In this document: positions 1 to 12,836 of the stretch, in pieces | How positions within the stretch are numbered: position 1 is the first letter of the stretch | How the letters are laid out: every line of letters begins with the position of its first letter | NCBI GenBank assembly: GCA_002633005.1 | Contig: NMRA01000114.1 | Span: 742,412 to 806,411, forward strand | DNA length: 64,000 nucleotides | Origin: Phoronis australis | Lineage: Eukaryota; Animalia; Phoronida | Reading direction: 5' to 3' | Program-made: the position numbers and the translations under genes | Notes under the pieces: model-generated | What the model was told of the DNA's origin: nothing | The model's database searches: none | Seen by the model: the letters and a program-made list of their open reading frames with translations, nothing else

Positions 1-555
1 CTCGATTCAATCGACCAATCAGAGCAATCGATTCAATCGACCAATCAAATTTCTCGATTCAATCGACCAATCAGAGCCCTCGATTCAATCGACCAATCAA
101 ATTGCTCGATTCAATGGACCAATCAGAGGCCTCGATTCAACCGACCAATCAGAGGCCTCGATTCAATCGACAAATCAGATTGCTCGATTCAATCGACCAA
201 TCAGAGCCCTCAATTCAATCGACCAATCAAATTGCTCGATTCAATCGACCAATCAAATTGCTCGATTCAATCGACCAATCAGAGCAATCGATTCAATCGA
301 CCAATCAAATTTCTCGATTCAATCGACCAATCAGAGCCCTCGATTCAATCGACCAATCAAATTGCTCGATTCAATGGACCAATCAGAGGCCTCGATTCAA
401 CCGACCAATCAGAGGCCTCGATTCAATCGACAAATCAGATTGCTCGATTCAATCGACCAATCAGAGCCCTCAATTCAATCGACCAATCAAATTGCTCGAT
501 TCAATCGACCAATCAGAGCCCTCGGTTCAATCGACCAATCAGAGCCCTCGATTCA
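1..555. repeat. 26-bp minisatellite (consensus CTCGATTCAATCGACCAATCAGAGCC / ...CAAATTG) with 260-bp higher-order repeat; runs off the window start
   Basis: Unit starts at 1, 27, 53...; the variant series starting at 1 recurs at 261 (10-mer HOR). Each unit carries the palindrome TCGATT-C-AATCGA and GACCAATCA. Confidence 0.95.
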
Positions 556-596
556 TATGCTGAATTTAAAGAGCTTACCTGCACCCAATTTGGAGG

Positions 597-3500
597 TATT
601 AAAAAAAGAAAAATTGCTGCGTTGCCCTTTGCCTCAGGATGGTGAATGAGCTTAAGATTTAGCCAAAGCTAGGCCTGAAAGTTATTTTTATGAATACTAG
701 TCAGCTAGGAATTCAATTTGTAGTCTCCTGCTCATTCACCACCCCTACCTTCCTTTTTCACTTGTTAAACAAGTTGTCACATTTAAAACACTTTCAATTT
801 GTAAGTTTCCTTTCTATGTAACATATTCCAGCTGCATTAAGTCAATACTTTTCATTAAGTTGATTGCGGAAATTTTCAGAATTCAACTCAGTGCATATGA
901 TGGTTGCAATCAGTTGTCCCTATTTCCATCAACCTTTTGCATTGGCAGGACACATTTGACCAGCAACTCTGTAGGACTTTACCCAGACATTAACTAATCA
1001 TGATACTTCATGAGGCATTTGGTTTGGTTTTCGTAGTTTTTAGGTTCATTTGTTTTTATCATTATACTACCCTGCACTCAACACCTTTGTTTATTTCTCA
1101 TGTTCTATCATCCTATACTCTGGTTTTATTGTTGATTTGTGATATCTTGGAGATGCACCAATTCCTCACATATTATTGCCACACTTCACACTAGACTCCA
1201 TTAAGTTTATGCACTATTTCTTCAATCCGTGAACCATTCTAACATTCAAATCTCCGTGCATTCTTTCGGAATATTAAGAGCATTCTGATAACCAATAAGT
1301 CAAATCGCCCCTTTGTGATGCTCAGGCTACATGATACCTCGGGGTGAGTTCAAACTCTATTTCATGAGCTCATTCAATTTTCAGAATTTACACATGATCT
1401 CCATTAACCTTTGGCATTTGTGATGTTTCTTGAAGTAGTTCCACATTGCGACTAACTCGTATTTCGTGGGTCCATTGCTTTTTTGCATTTTCTAGGTTCA
1501 CTAATATTTATCATTTGCTTCCTCAAACTCTATACGGTAGTTAATTTTACAGCTTCTGTCAACATGCTATACCGGCATATTCATTGTAGTATTTTTAGGT
1601 GATTATTAATTCGGCAGACATCGTTGTACCATTAATTTGTTCTGCTCTACGAATTTTGAATTCCTTACTTTTCACAAACCAATAATTTCTCACCTTTTAA
1701 TGGTCCGTCAATTCACCACATCTCTTGACTCTAATTATAACATTCTCCATTTCCACTTTCATCGTTAAATACATTCTTTTGGTGAATGCTTTTTTATCGA
1801 TGCGATTGCAGATTCATTAAATTATGCGAGATAATTTATGTTTATAATTTACAGGTCATTTATTTCTCTGTATATATGAGAACACTTCACATAATTCACT
1901 CAATTATTGCATTTCATATGAATCCATTAACTTGGCGCACTGTTTAGCTCAATTCATAATCCACTACCCCATTCAAAATTCACAGTAACTACATTGTTTG
2001 AGAGACCTCTAGTTACTGTAATATCACTGCGGCAAGCATTAGTCAAGTTCCTATTTTGTTGCACCAGCCTGTTATACAATGGTGTCTGGCACAATTCAAC
2101 AAAGAAGCACAAGTTGTTTTTCTCACACATGCAACACACAATATTACTTGCCAGTGATAAGTATGAATTCCATAATTTGACAATTTGTTTATAAAGGAGC
2201 CACTACTTGATGTACCACAAAATAATTACAGTAAACCCTACCTGGCTCACCAGACTACCACAGATGGTTAATGCGTCCAACTGAATTTCTGGAGTTCACT
2301 TATGTTTAATATTTTACAGGTCTTTTAAGTTGATGTTTATTGAACAACATTTTACAGATTCATCCATTTGTCCCATTCCAATGGACTCCACTAATTCAAT
2401 GCTCTCATTTGTTTAATTTGTGATGCTTTACTCAATTCTCACTACAATCCTGATAAGCGGTGGTGTGCACAAATCGAGTCACCCATTTTGTTGTTTCATT
2501 ATGTTATACAATGGTGTTGGATACAAGTTTATTTCCTCACATATTGGAGACACAATGTTGTACGTGATAACAATGAATTCCATAATTTTAGAATTTGTGA
2601 AAAAGGAACCACCACTAGATGCAGCATAAAATATCTGTAAACCAAACTACATGCTAGCAGATCACTTCTCCCGCCAGTCAATGATGAGTATTAAAAAAAG
2701 AAAAAATGCTGCGTTGCCCTTTGCCTCAGGATGGTGAATGAACTTCAGATTTAGCCAAAGCTGGGCCTGGAAGTTATTTTTATGAATACTGTAGTTGTAA
2801 ATAAAGCTATGGTTTTGATAACCATGTTTGATCAACATATTCCCTTGGGCTGAATTCAAAGTCAGCTAGCAATTCAATTTGTAGTCTCCTGCTCATTCAC
2901 CACCCCTACCTTCCTTTTTCACTTGTTAAACAAATTGTTACATTTAACACACTTTCAATTTGTAGGTTTCCTTTCTTTGTAACATATTCCAGCTTTATTA
3001 TGCAGATACTTTTCATAAACTTGATTCTGAAGATTTTCAGAATTCAACTCGGTGCTTATGATGGGTGCAATCAGTTGTCCCTATTTCCAACAACCTTTCA
3101 TATTAGCGGGACACGTTTGACCAGCAACTCTGTAGGACTTTACCCAGACATTAACTAATCATGATACTTCATGAGGCATTTGGTTTTCGCAGTTTTTAGG
3201 TTCATTTGTTTTTATCATTATACTACCCTGCACTTAACACCTTTGTTTATTTCTCATGTTCTATCATCCTATACTCTGGTTTTATTGTTGATTTGTGATA
3301 TCTTGGAGATACATGAATTCCTCACATATTATTGCACTCAACACCTTTGTTTATTTCTCATGTTCTATCATCCTATACTCTGGTTTTATTGTTGATTTGT
3401 GATATCTTGGAGATACATCAATTCCTCACATATTATTGCCACACTTCACAAGACTCCATTAAGTTGATGCACTATTTCTTCAATCCGTGAAGCATTCTAC

Positions 3501-5730
3501 CATTCAAATCTCCGTGCATTCTTTGGGAATGGTTAGAGCATTCTTATAACCAGTGGTGTACATAAGTCAAATCGCCCCTTTGTGATGCTCAGGCTACATG
3601 ATACCTTGGAGTGTGATGTTTCTTGAAGGAGTTCCACGTTGGGACTAACTCGTATTTCGTGGGTCTATGGCTTTTTTGCATTTTCTAGGCTCACTAATAT
3701 TCAGTATTTTGCTTCCTCAAATTCTATACGGTAGTTAATTTTACAGGTTCTGTCAACATGCTACACCGGCATATTGATTCTGGTAATGTTAGGTGATCAT
3801 TAATTCGGCAGACATCGTTGTACCATCAATTTGTTCTGCCCTACGAATTTTGAATTCCTTACTCTTCACAAACTAATAATTTCTCACCTTTTAATGGTCC
3901 GTCAATTCACCACATCTCTTGACTCTAATTATAACATTCTCCATTTCCACTTTCATCGTTAAATACATTCTTTTGGTGAATACTTTTTTATCGATGCGAT
4001 TGCAGATTCATTAAATTATGCGAGATAATTTATGTTTATAATTTACAGGTCATTTATTTCTCTGTATATATGATGACACTTCACATAACTCACTCAATTA
4101 TTGCATTTCATATGAATCCATTAACTTGGCGCACTGTTCAGCTCAATTCATGATCCACTACCCCATTCAAAATTCACAGTGACTACATTGTTTGGGAGAC
4201 ATCTGTTTACTGTAATATCACTGTGGCAAGCATTGGTCAAGTTCCTATTTTGTTGCACCAGCCTGTTATACAATGGTGTCTGGCACAATTCAACGAAGAA
4301 GCACAAGTTGCTTTTCTCACACATGCAACACACAATATTACTTGCCAGTGATAAGTATGAATTCCATAATTTGACAATTTGTTTAGAAAGGAACCACTAC
4401 TTGATGTAGCACAAAATAATTACAGTAAACCCTACCTGGCTCACCAGACTACCACAGATGGTTAATGCGTCCAACTGAATTTCTGGAGTTCACTTATGTT
4501 TAGTATTTTACAGTTCTTTTATTTTGATGTTTATTTAACAACATTTTACAGACTCATACATTTGTCCCATTTCAATGGACTCCACTAATTCAATGCGCTC
4601 ATTTGTTAAATTTGTGATGCATTACTCAATTCTCACTACAATACTGATAAGCAGTGGTGTGCATGAATCGAGTCACCCATTTTGTTGTTTCATCATGTTA
4701 CACAATGGTGTTGGATACAAGTTTATTTCCTCACATATTGGAGACACAACGTTGTCCGTGATAACAACGAATTCCATAATTTTAGAATTTGTGAAAAAGG
4801 AACCACCACTAGATGCAGCATAAAATATCTGTAAACCCAACTACATGCTAGCAGATCACTTCTCCCACCAGTCAATGATGAGTATTAAAAAAAGGAAAAA
4901 TGCTGCGTTGCCCTTTGCCTCAGGATGGTGAATGAACTTCAGATTTAGCCAAAGCTGGGTCCGAAAGTTAGTTTCATGAATACTGTTAGTTGTAAACAAA
5001 ACTATGGTTTTGATAGCCATGTTTGATCAACATGTTCCCTTGGGCTGAATTCAAAGTCAACTAGCAATTCAATTTGTATTCTGTTCATTCACCACCCCTA
5101 CCTTCCTTTTTCACTTGTTAAACAAATTGTCACATTTAACACACTTTCGATTTGTAGGCTTCCTTTATTTGTAACATTTTCCAGCTGCATTAAGTCAAAA
5201 CTTTTCATTAACTTGGTTCTGGAAATTTTCAGGATTCAACTCAGTACATATGATGGGTGGAATCAGTTGTCCCTATTTCCATCAACTTTTTGCATTGGTG
5301 GGACACGTTTGACCAGCAACTCTGTAGGACTTTACCCCGACATTAACTCATCATGATACTTCATGAGCCATTCGGTTTTAACATTTTATAGGTTCATTTA
5401 TTTTTAGCAGTATACTACCCAGCACTCAACACCTTTGTTTATTTCGCATGTTCTATCATGCTATACTGGTTTTGTTGTTGATTTGTGATATCTTGGAGAT
5501 ACATCAATTCCTCACATATTATTGCCACACTTCACAAGACTCCATAAAGTTGATGCACTATTTCTTCAATCCGTGAAGCATTCTGCCAGTCAAATCTCCG
5601 TGCATTCTTGGCATTTTTGATGTTTCTTGAAGGAGTTCCACGTTGCAACTAACTCTTATTTTGTGGGTCCATTGCTGTTTTGCATTTTCTAGGTTCCCTC
5701 TTATTTTGCATTTTGGTTCCTCAAACTCTA
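597..5730. repeat. ~2.1-2.2 kb tandem macro-repeat, ~2.4 copies
   Basis: Anchor TATTAAAAAAAG..TGCTGCGTTGCCCTTTGCCTCAGGATGGTGAATGA at ~597, ~2690, ~4884; near-identical spurious ORFs recur (1994/4179, 2420/4575). Confidence 0.93.
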
Positions 5731-5879
5731 TATTCATTTTGTTAGTTTCATACCTCACATTCATTTTGCTTTGTCATACTTAATAAGTTTTGTGACATTT
5801 TACGCATCAATTAATGTCCCCTATTCGATTAGTCCATTATTTTTTTACATTTGATATTTCATTTGATTTTTACTATCTT

Positions 5880-7550
5880 TCTTATCATTAACTCATATCT
5901 TATTGATTCATTTTCACATTTTGGGTTCATTTATTTTTCGCATTTAGCTTCATCACTCAACAGTTTCAATTCCTCATAGCATTTGATAGTTTCATATAAT
6001 TTCACCATTAATTCGCCATGTGTTACAAATTCATTAAACGTTGCATTTAGAGAATTGTCATCAGCCCACCTTCTTTGTGTTCACCTCCTCGAAACAGGAT
6101 TTTGACAGAAAAATTCCCCATAAAGATGGTGAAGAATTTACCTTTAACCTTGCAACATATATGCCTTGGTATTTCCTTGATTCGTTTATTTTTCACAATC
6201 ATTTTCTTTAATCGCACTCAACGGCTTCACTTAATCATAGCATTGTACGGATTCATCGGTTGTGTTCAATTTGGGCCACCTCAAGTTTCTTTGTATTGCA
6301 TTTAACTGATAGATATTTCATTCATTCATAAATTCTCACACTCTTTGGATTCAATCATTTCTCCCATTTTATTCATTACTCTCAACCAGTTTGTTTAGAT
6401 GTAACACTATGGGGTCATGCTTTTTTCAATTGCTTTTTTCCAGTATACGGGTGCCATAATGTGTTACCGTCTCATTTTAGAAGTTTGTTTTGCTCCGTCA
6501 CAACCTGAAGTCCTTTTGATATTGTATGCATTCATTAAAGGGTCCCATTTCATCAGTTCACGAATTTTCCATATTTCATAATTTTGTTTCATTTGCAGGA
6601 TTTTGTCATTAACTCCTATCTTATTGGTTAATTTTCATATTTTGGGTTCATTTATTTTTCGCATTTAGCTTCATCACTCAACAGTTTCAATTCCTCATAG
6701 CATTTGATAGTTTCATATAATTTCACCATTAATTCGCCATGTGTTACAAATTCATTAAGCGTTGCATTTAGAGAATTGTCATCAGCCCACCTTCTTTGTA
6801 TTCACCTCCTCGAAACAGGATTTTGACAGAAAATTCCCCATATAGATGGTGAAGAATTTACCTTTACTCTTGAAACAGTCCAGTCATTACCTAGCGTGAA
6901 TATGCCTTGGTATTCCCTTGATTCGCTTATTTTTCACAATCACTTTCTTTCATCGCACTCAACGGCTTCACTTAATCATAGCATTGTACGGATTCATAGA
7001 TTGTGTTCAATTTGGGCCACCTCAGGTTTCTTTGTATTGCATTTAACTGATTGATATTTCATTCATTCATAAATTCTCACACTCTTTGGATTCAATCATT
7101 TCTCCCATTTTATTCATTACTCTCAACCAGTTTCTTTAGATGTAACACTTTACATGGTCACGCTTTTTTCAATTGCTTTTTTCCAGCATACGGGTGCCAT
7201 AATGTGTTACCGTCTCATTTTAGAAGTTCGTTTTGCTCCGTCAAAACGTTTAATCTTTGTGATACTGTACGCATTCATTAAAGTTTCCCATTTCATCAGT
7301 TCACGAATTTTCCATATCTCATAATTTCGTTTCATTTGCAGGCTTTAGTCATTAACTCGTATTTAATTGGTTCTTTAACTTTCGCAATGCTTTGGGTAAT
7401 TTATTTTTTGCATTTAGCTCAGTCACTCAATAGTTTCAATTAGTCATAGCATTTCATGGATTCGTCAGTTTCATACCATTTCACCATTAATTCGTCACAT
7501 GTTACGAATTCATTAACCAATGACACTAAAAGAATTGTCATCAGCCCACC
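5880..7550. repeat. ~720-750 bp tandem repeat, ~2.3 copies
   Basis: TTTTGGGTTCATTTATTTTTCGCATTTAGCTTCATCACTCAACAG at ~5919, ~6640 and a diverged copy at ~7390; AGAATTGTCATCAGCCCACC at ~6051, ~6772, ~7531. Confidence 0.9.
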
Positions 7551-8469
7551 GGGCAGTTAGCAAGTCTGAATATAATGCCCCGCTTTTTCTTCAGTTCAGT
7601 ACAATGACGGTAATCTATACTCTAATAATATCCTCTGTTGAGGAAACTCAAAGAAAAAGATTACCCTTTTCATGGGGGAAGACTTTACCCATTTAACTTG
7701 ATTGACATTCTGTCGTGAGAAACTAGAGAGGAAAACTTTACAGTTTTCACGAGGAGGACTTTATCCGGTTAAACAAGTCCCTATGCTCCCCGTTATTCCC
7801 CGGTTATTACTAATCCAGGTACACCTGAGTGATATTCTCCTCATAATTCACACTTTACTGCTCCACATCCCCATTTCCCCCAGTCTCATACAAAAAAATC
7901 ATAATGCACACACTCACATTCACTGTTGTCATCATTACATTCATCTCTGAGCACATAGCCCCACTCATCCTAAACATGCATCACTCATCCTAAACATGCC
8001 CACACATTACCTTGTCTATCAATACATGTCAATCATAGGCGCTGATGCTGGAAGTCTGGTTGCTGATGGTAGATATAGCCATCCCCCATCTTATCCTCCT
8101 CAGTCTTTGCTAGAGTGAATGGCTGAAACTAGGCATTGGTATCCCTGAACACCTTGAGTTCTTTATATACAACAATGACATGTTACAACACAGCTCACGG
8201 TCTTGAAAGTCGTTAACAATTGCATCAGTATAGGTGCAGGTCACCAGATGGCAGTCCAGGTTACATGGACGGTTGGCAGACGACACTACCACAGGGCATC
8301 ATGCTGAAAGGAACATCAATAATAATCACCAGAGTTTTATTACCTATCTGACTCGTGCAAGTTAAGCCATGCATGGACGCCTAAACAGAATTTGTGAGAG
8401 AATCAGGGATTGATGTATACCCAAACAGTCAATGCACAAACAACGGTGCGCATATATCTCGACGCGTAG

Positions 8470-10300
8470 ATGTTAAATATGTGAACAGTTTACCACGTAT
8501 ACAGCAGAAGTACTGAGACTGAATCAGCAGGAAGTCCTGATCACTTAGAGCTAATTCTGCCATCTTATTGGTGAATTCTCGATCAATTCATCTGATCCCT
8601 TTGGTGTGTATTATGCAATCCCTTCATCAACTGTGCAGGCATCAAAGAGTGTCCATACATCAAAGTCTTCCGTATAATCTTCAAATAAGGACTGTTCGCA
8701 CATCGACACCTGATATCAACTCTTCGCATGTCAACCATTCACACATCGAGGAACATCCATGCATGAAGGTTCACCATCTAACACCTACATACCGATCGTT
8801 CACATATCAAGGACCATCCAAGCATCAAGGATCAGGATCTTCTGTCCACAAACCAACTGTTTGCACATCAATGGCTGCCATCAACTGTTCACATGCCGAT
8901 CTTCCAAACACCAAGAAGCATCCTAACATCAAGGATGGTCAACTGCTATATGCATGCCAACCATCCACACATAGTGGAACATCCCATACCCAAGATTACC
9001 ATCAACTGTTCGCATACTGACATCCCACATATCATGGAACGTCCATTCATTCAAGGATTGACGTCTACTGTCCGTATGTCGATCTTCCCCATATCGAGAA
9101 ATGTCCATGCATTGAAGATAGCCATCTTCCATACGCATATAAACTACCCTCACATCGATAAACATCCACTCATCAAGGTTCACCATCTACAGCCTACAAA
9201 CCAACTGTTCACACAACAACATCTACCATCAGCCATCCACTTAACAACCTTCCACACATCATGGAACATTCACACAACTAGAATCGTCAACTACCGTTCA
9301 CCTACCGATCATGTGTCCACTGATGCCTGCCATCCACCGTATGTATACTGACTGTCCCCCCACCGGGACAGTCATTATACGTACAGTCCACTGACCATAT
9401 GCATATTGACTGTCCCGGTGGGGGGGCACTCAATATGCATACGATCAAGGCCAAGCATCATCGGATACATGATCAGTAGGAGGAAGGCAGATGTAGATCC
9501 TAGATGTGTGGACAATTCCTTGATGTGAAGAAGATCGAAATGCGAACGGCTGATGGCAGACATCATTGCGCGAACAGGTGGTTTGTGGACAGTAGAAGGT
9601 CATCCTCGATGAGTGGACATTTCTCGGTGTGTGGATGGTTGACATGGGTACAGAAGATGATGATCCTCGACACATGGACCTTTCTCGATATGTAGAAGGT
9701 CGACATACAGACTGTAGAGTGCAATCCTCGAATGTATGGAAGTTCCACAATATGTGGTTAGCCGATACACGAACAGTCGATGGTAATCATGGATATGTGG
9801 ACGTTCCTCTATGTGTGGATGGTTGACATGCAAATGGCAGATGACGCTCCTCGATGTAAGAATGCTACTCAGTGCGTGGAGGATCAATATGTGAGCAGCC
9901 GATGGAAGACATTGATGCGTGAACAGTCAGTTTGTGAACAAAAGACACCAATCCTCGATATCTGGATGCTCCTGTGATATGTGAATGTTCAATATGCAGA
10001 CAGTAGATGGCGATCTTCAATGTGTGGACATTCCTCGGGAAGTGGATGGTTGATATGTGAACAGTCGACCCAAGGCACCAATGCACGGACAGTCGATATT
10101 CAGAGATTACACGGCAATCTTCAATGTATGGACATTCGCTGATACGTGGACAGTTGATATGCAGACGGCACAGTACCCGCCACAGTGATCAACCAGAATG
10201 ACCTGGAATTCCCCGACATGATGACAAAATTAGCGGTCGTGATCCTGAATTCCTCGCCCATCTGTCAAACTACTTCGGGTGTTTGTCGTCAACTGCGAAA
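8470..10300. repeat. Large diverged inverted repeat (foldback), ~0.9 kb arms made of ~61-bp degenerate subunits, symmetric about ~9391
   Basis: Left arm (e.g. 8525 CAGGAAGTCCTGATCAC..., units at 8883, 8941, 9004, 9066) aligns unit by unit with the reverse complement of 9440-10260. The ORF track shows matching peptides on opposite strands (SILTSRMVNCYMHANHPH, + strand; SILTSRSVICHLHVNHPH, - strand). Confidence 0.85.
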
Positions 10301-11647
10301 TTAATTTACATGAAATTAGTTGTTACCGAAAGGTGAAGAAATGCATACGTTCTGGGAGATAAATTTTTTTGGCCAACTGGTACTCACTTATGCACTGACA
10401 CTTTTAGGAATTGTAACAATTACATGTGGGCATTAGGCAAAGTGTGAGCATTTGCACCCTTCTGAGTATAAGCACTGCAGGTGTAAAAGAACTCCCTGAA
10501 TGACTGCAGTTCATCTGTACTATGTGCAGTTGATGGCAGGCAGGGTGCCATTCCTTGATGTAGTTGACATGCGTCTAATCGATGACGGCAAGCGTAGATG
10601 CAACGTTCAACAATGCATGCAGTCGATTGGCTGATGGTCGATGACAGGCTGCCATGGTCAGAAAGATCCAAACCTAAGAAAGAAAAACCAAGAAAGATCT
10701 GTTAACTATAAGTCCACATTACCATACTCAGTCGTGATTGTTTTTTTTTTAATTTTTTTTAATCTCCCAGTTCACTATAAGCAAGTTTACCAAGCTAAAA
10801 GTATATTTGAACTGGATTTTAGAAATACATACATAAAGACAGTGCACAAGTGTATGCCTATGAAAAAGGGAGAGAATATTATGGAGTGATGAAATATCCT
10901 TACATTGCTATTACATAATGCATTTGTGACCATCTATTTGTAAACTTCTGTTTCTAAATTGTTTGAATAAATGTTTTTTTCACAGGAGTAATACAGTTCA
11001 ATTTCCTTTGTCAATATAATTAAATTTGGAGGTTTACCATTGAGACGTTGCTTATATAAATGAAACTTGATACAACATTAAATTTTGAATTGGTGGACTT
11101 CTACATCTGTTTCCAAAGCAAACTGTAAGTACATTTGTACCCATAGAATTTTTTTTTCTAACCCAATCTTCAACATTGTTCCAAACATTTTGAACAATAT
11201 CACATTACCATTAGGCATATAAATGAAGCAAAGTCTCAGGTTCCCTCTTACAAAATGTACAGAAGGGGAAGTTATAACCCCAATTTAGAGCTACATCAGT
11301 TTCATGATGGTGTTTTCCCGTTGCTCCCAACTTGTTCGATTCTATAGCCCAACAAGTTGGGAAATTTACTCCTGTAGCCAATGTGTTACACGACTAATTA
11401 ACCCCATTCTGACATTCATGGTACGGTAGGCCGGGAGGGCCAAATCTCTTTAGTTCGATAATTGCCGCTCTAATCTTCAAAAAGATCGTATCTAGCCTGA
11501 CTGGGCTGCGCTGTTAAAAATAAAAGTTAAGTTATAACATATTTGAACATAAACCAATGGCATTTCTTCATCTAATGGTGATCGTGTTTAGTTTTTGAAT
11601 CGCCAAAATCGCCCAACTGCAACCCAAGATCAAGACTCATTAGTAAT

Positions 11648-11739
11648 CTCACAGGCGTCCTCAGCTTCTGATCGTCCCCAATACACTACATATATATGTA
11701 GTGTATTGGGGACGATCAGAAGCTGAGGACGCCTGTGAG
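11648..11739. mobile_element. 92-bp perfect palindrome, probable MITE/internally deleted DNA transposon with 4-bp TSD (TAAT)
   Basis: CTCACAGGCGTCC...CTACATAT|ATATGTAG...GGACGCCTGTGAG: 46+46 bp with no loop or mismatch; TAAT at 11644-11647 and 11740-11743. Confidence 0.8.
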
Positions 11740-12008
11740 TAATCTATTCTTTCTGGGTTTGACAAACTGGGCAGTTTATGAGTTTGACATCGCGATATAG
11801 CCGAAAAGGGCAATCCGGGGCTACGAATACTGCACATCGAATAGTACAACCACAACTAGCCGATTCACATTTCTCAAACATATCGCTATGAGCACCGAAT
11901 TGTTTGTAACAGAACACAAACCATATCATTCCACAATTACACTTCCACAAGTCCATGCCGGTTTTGTTTACGTATAAAGCGCTACCTTTTGACGCACCAA
12001 TCAAAATC

Positions 12009-12420
12009 TCTGCTATGTGTGAACTTGAAATCTTGCTTAATCTCAAGATCGCGTATGCGTGAATACCTGAGGAAACTTGAAAAGTTCAATCCAATAATCA
12101 CGTTCACGTTGATAAAAATTTGCACTGCACTAAACCAAATTATATGTTAATAAGATAACGTAAAATTCAACTAATCTTTTTTCAACTATTGGCGATCTTA
12201 TTCATCAAACAATAATTGTTTAAACCAATCCCAAATTTCTCCTATTCTTTAATTCATTGACACAAGTTACGGTAGAATAAATGAGAGATGATAAGTCCAG
12301 CTATTAGAAAAAATCTTTACAGTGAGCAAAAATTTTCACCTTATTGCCCAAATATATGCTCAATTCCAAGTTCACGCATACTCGATCTTATAAGCAGGAT
12401 TCCAAGTTCACACACAGCAC
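12009..12420. mobile_element. ~410-bp MITE, family A copy 1
   Basis: TIRs TGCTATGTGTGAACTTGAAATCTTGCTTAATCTCAAGATCGCGTATGCGTGAA ... TTCACGCATACTCGATCTT..AAGCAGGATTCCAAGTTCACACACAGCA; second copy in inverted orientation at 19823-20234. Confidence 0.8.
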
Positions 12421-12659
12421 CGCAGGTGAAAAATGTATTTGAAAATTACTTGCACGTCTTTTTCCCCCTAGCGGACATGCAGGGAACAAGCAAGATTGAG
12501 GTACATGTGTATTAGAGTTGCTGAGCTCTCTACCTTTTTACAAAAGGTTAAATAGGTACAAATAAAACGATAGCTCGGCTTCTGGGAAGAATTCTAATAC
12601 ACTGAGTAGAAATTCAGTAATGAATTTAAGAGTGGTGTGATTTCCGTAGCCACGCCTGA

Positions 12660-12836
12660 TGAAACGCCCATGGGCGTTTATTCGGAAAATTATGCCTAAT
12701 AAACGCTTATGGGCGTTTAAATGGTGTTAAAACTTCTGGTGTCAAGCGTCAGGAAATTTAATCTTAATAAAACGTCTGAAAATTTTCATTTTGCGAATAC
12801 ATGCCCATGGGCTTATGTACAGAAAATCCCCGGTAT
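12660..12836. mobile_element. Degenerate Tc1/mariner/pogo-type MITE remnant
   Basis: Palindromic AAACGCCCATGGGCGTTT motifs repeated, with TTATTCGGAAAATTA / GAAAATCCCCGGTA ends resembling TACCGTA..AATAAACGCCC TIRs. Confidence 0.4.

Noticed and set aside
1-649. ORFs 102-563, 232-645, 362-649 and a CRISPR-like look of the palindromic repeats
   Set aside because: ORFs are translations of the 26-bp minisatellite; units are contiguous with no unique spacers, no cas genes are present, and the context is eukaryotic.
8568-10086. His/Ile/Pro-rich ORFs on both strands
   Set aside because: They arise in several frames from the ~61-bp (non-triplet) subunits of the foldback; no splice or family support.
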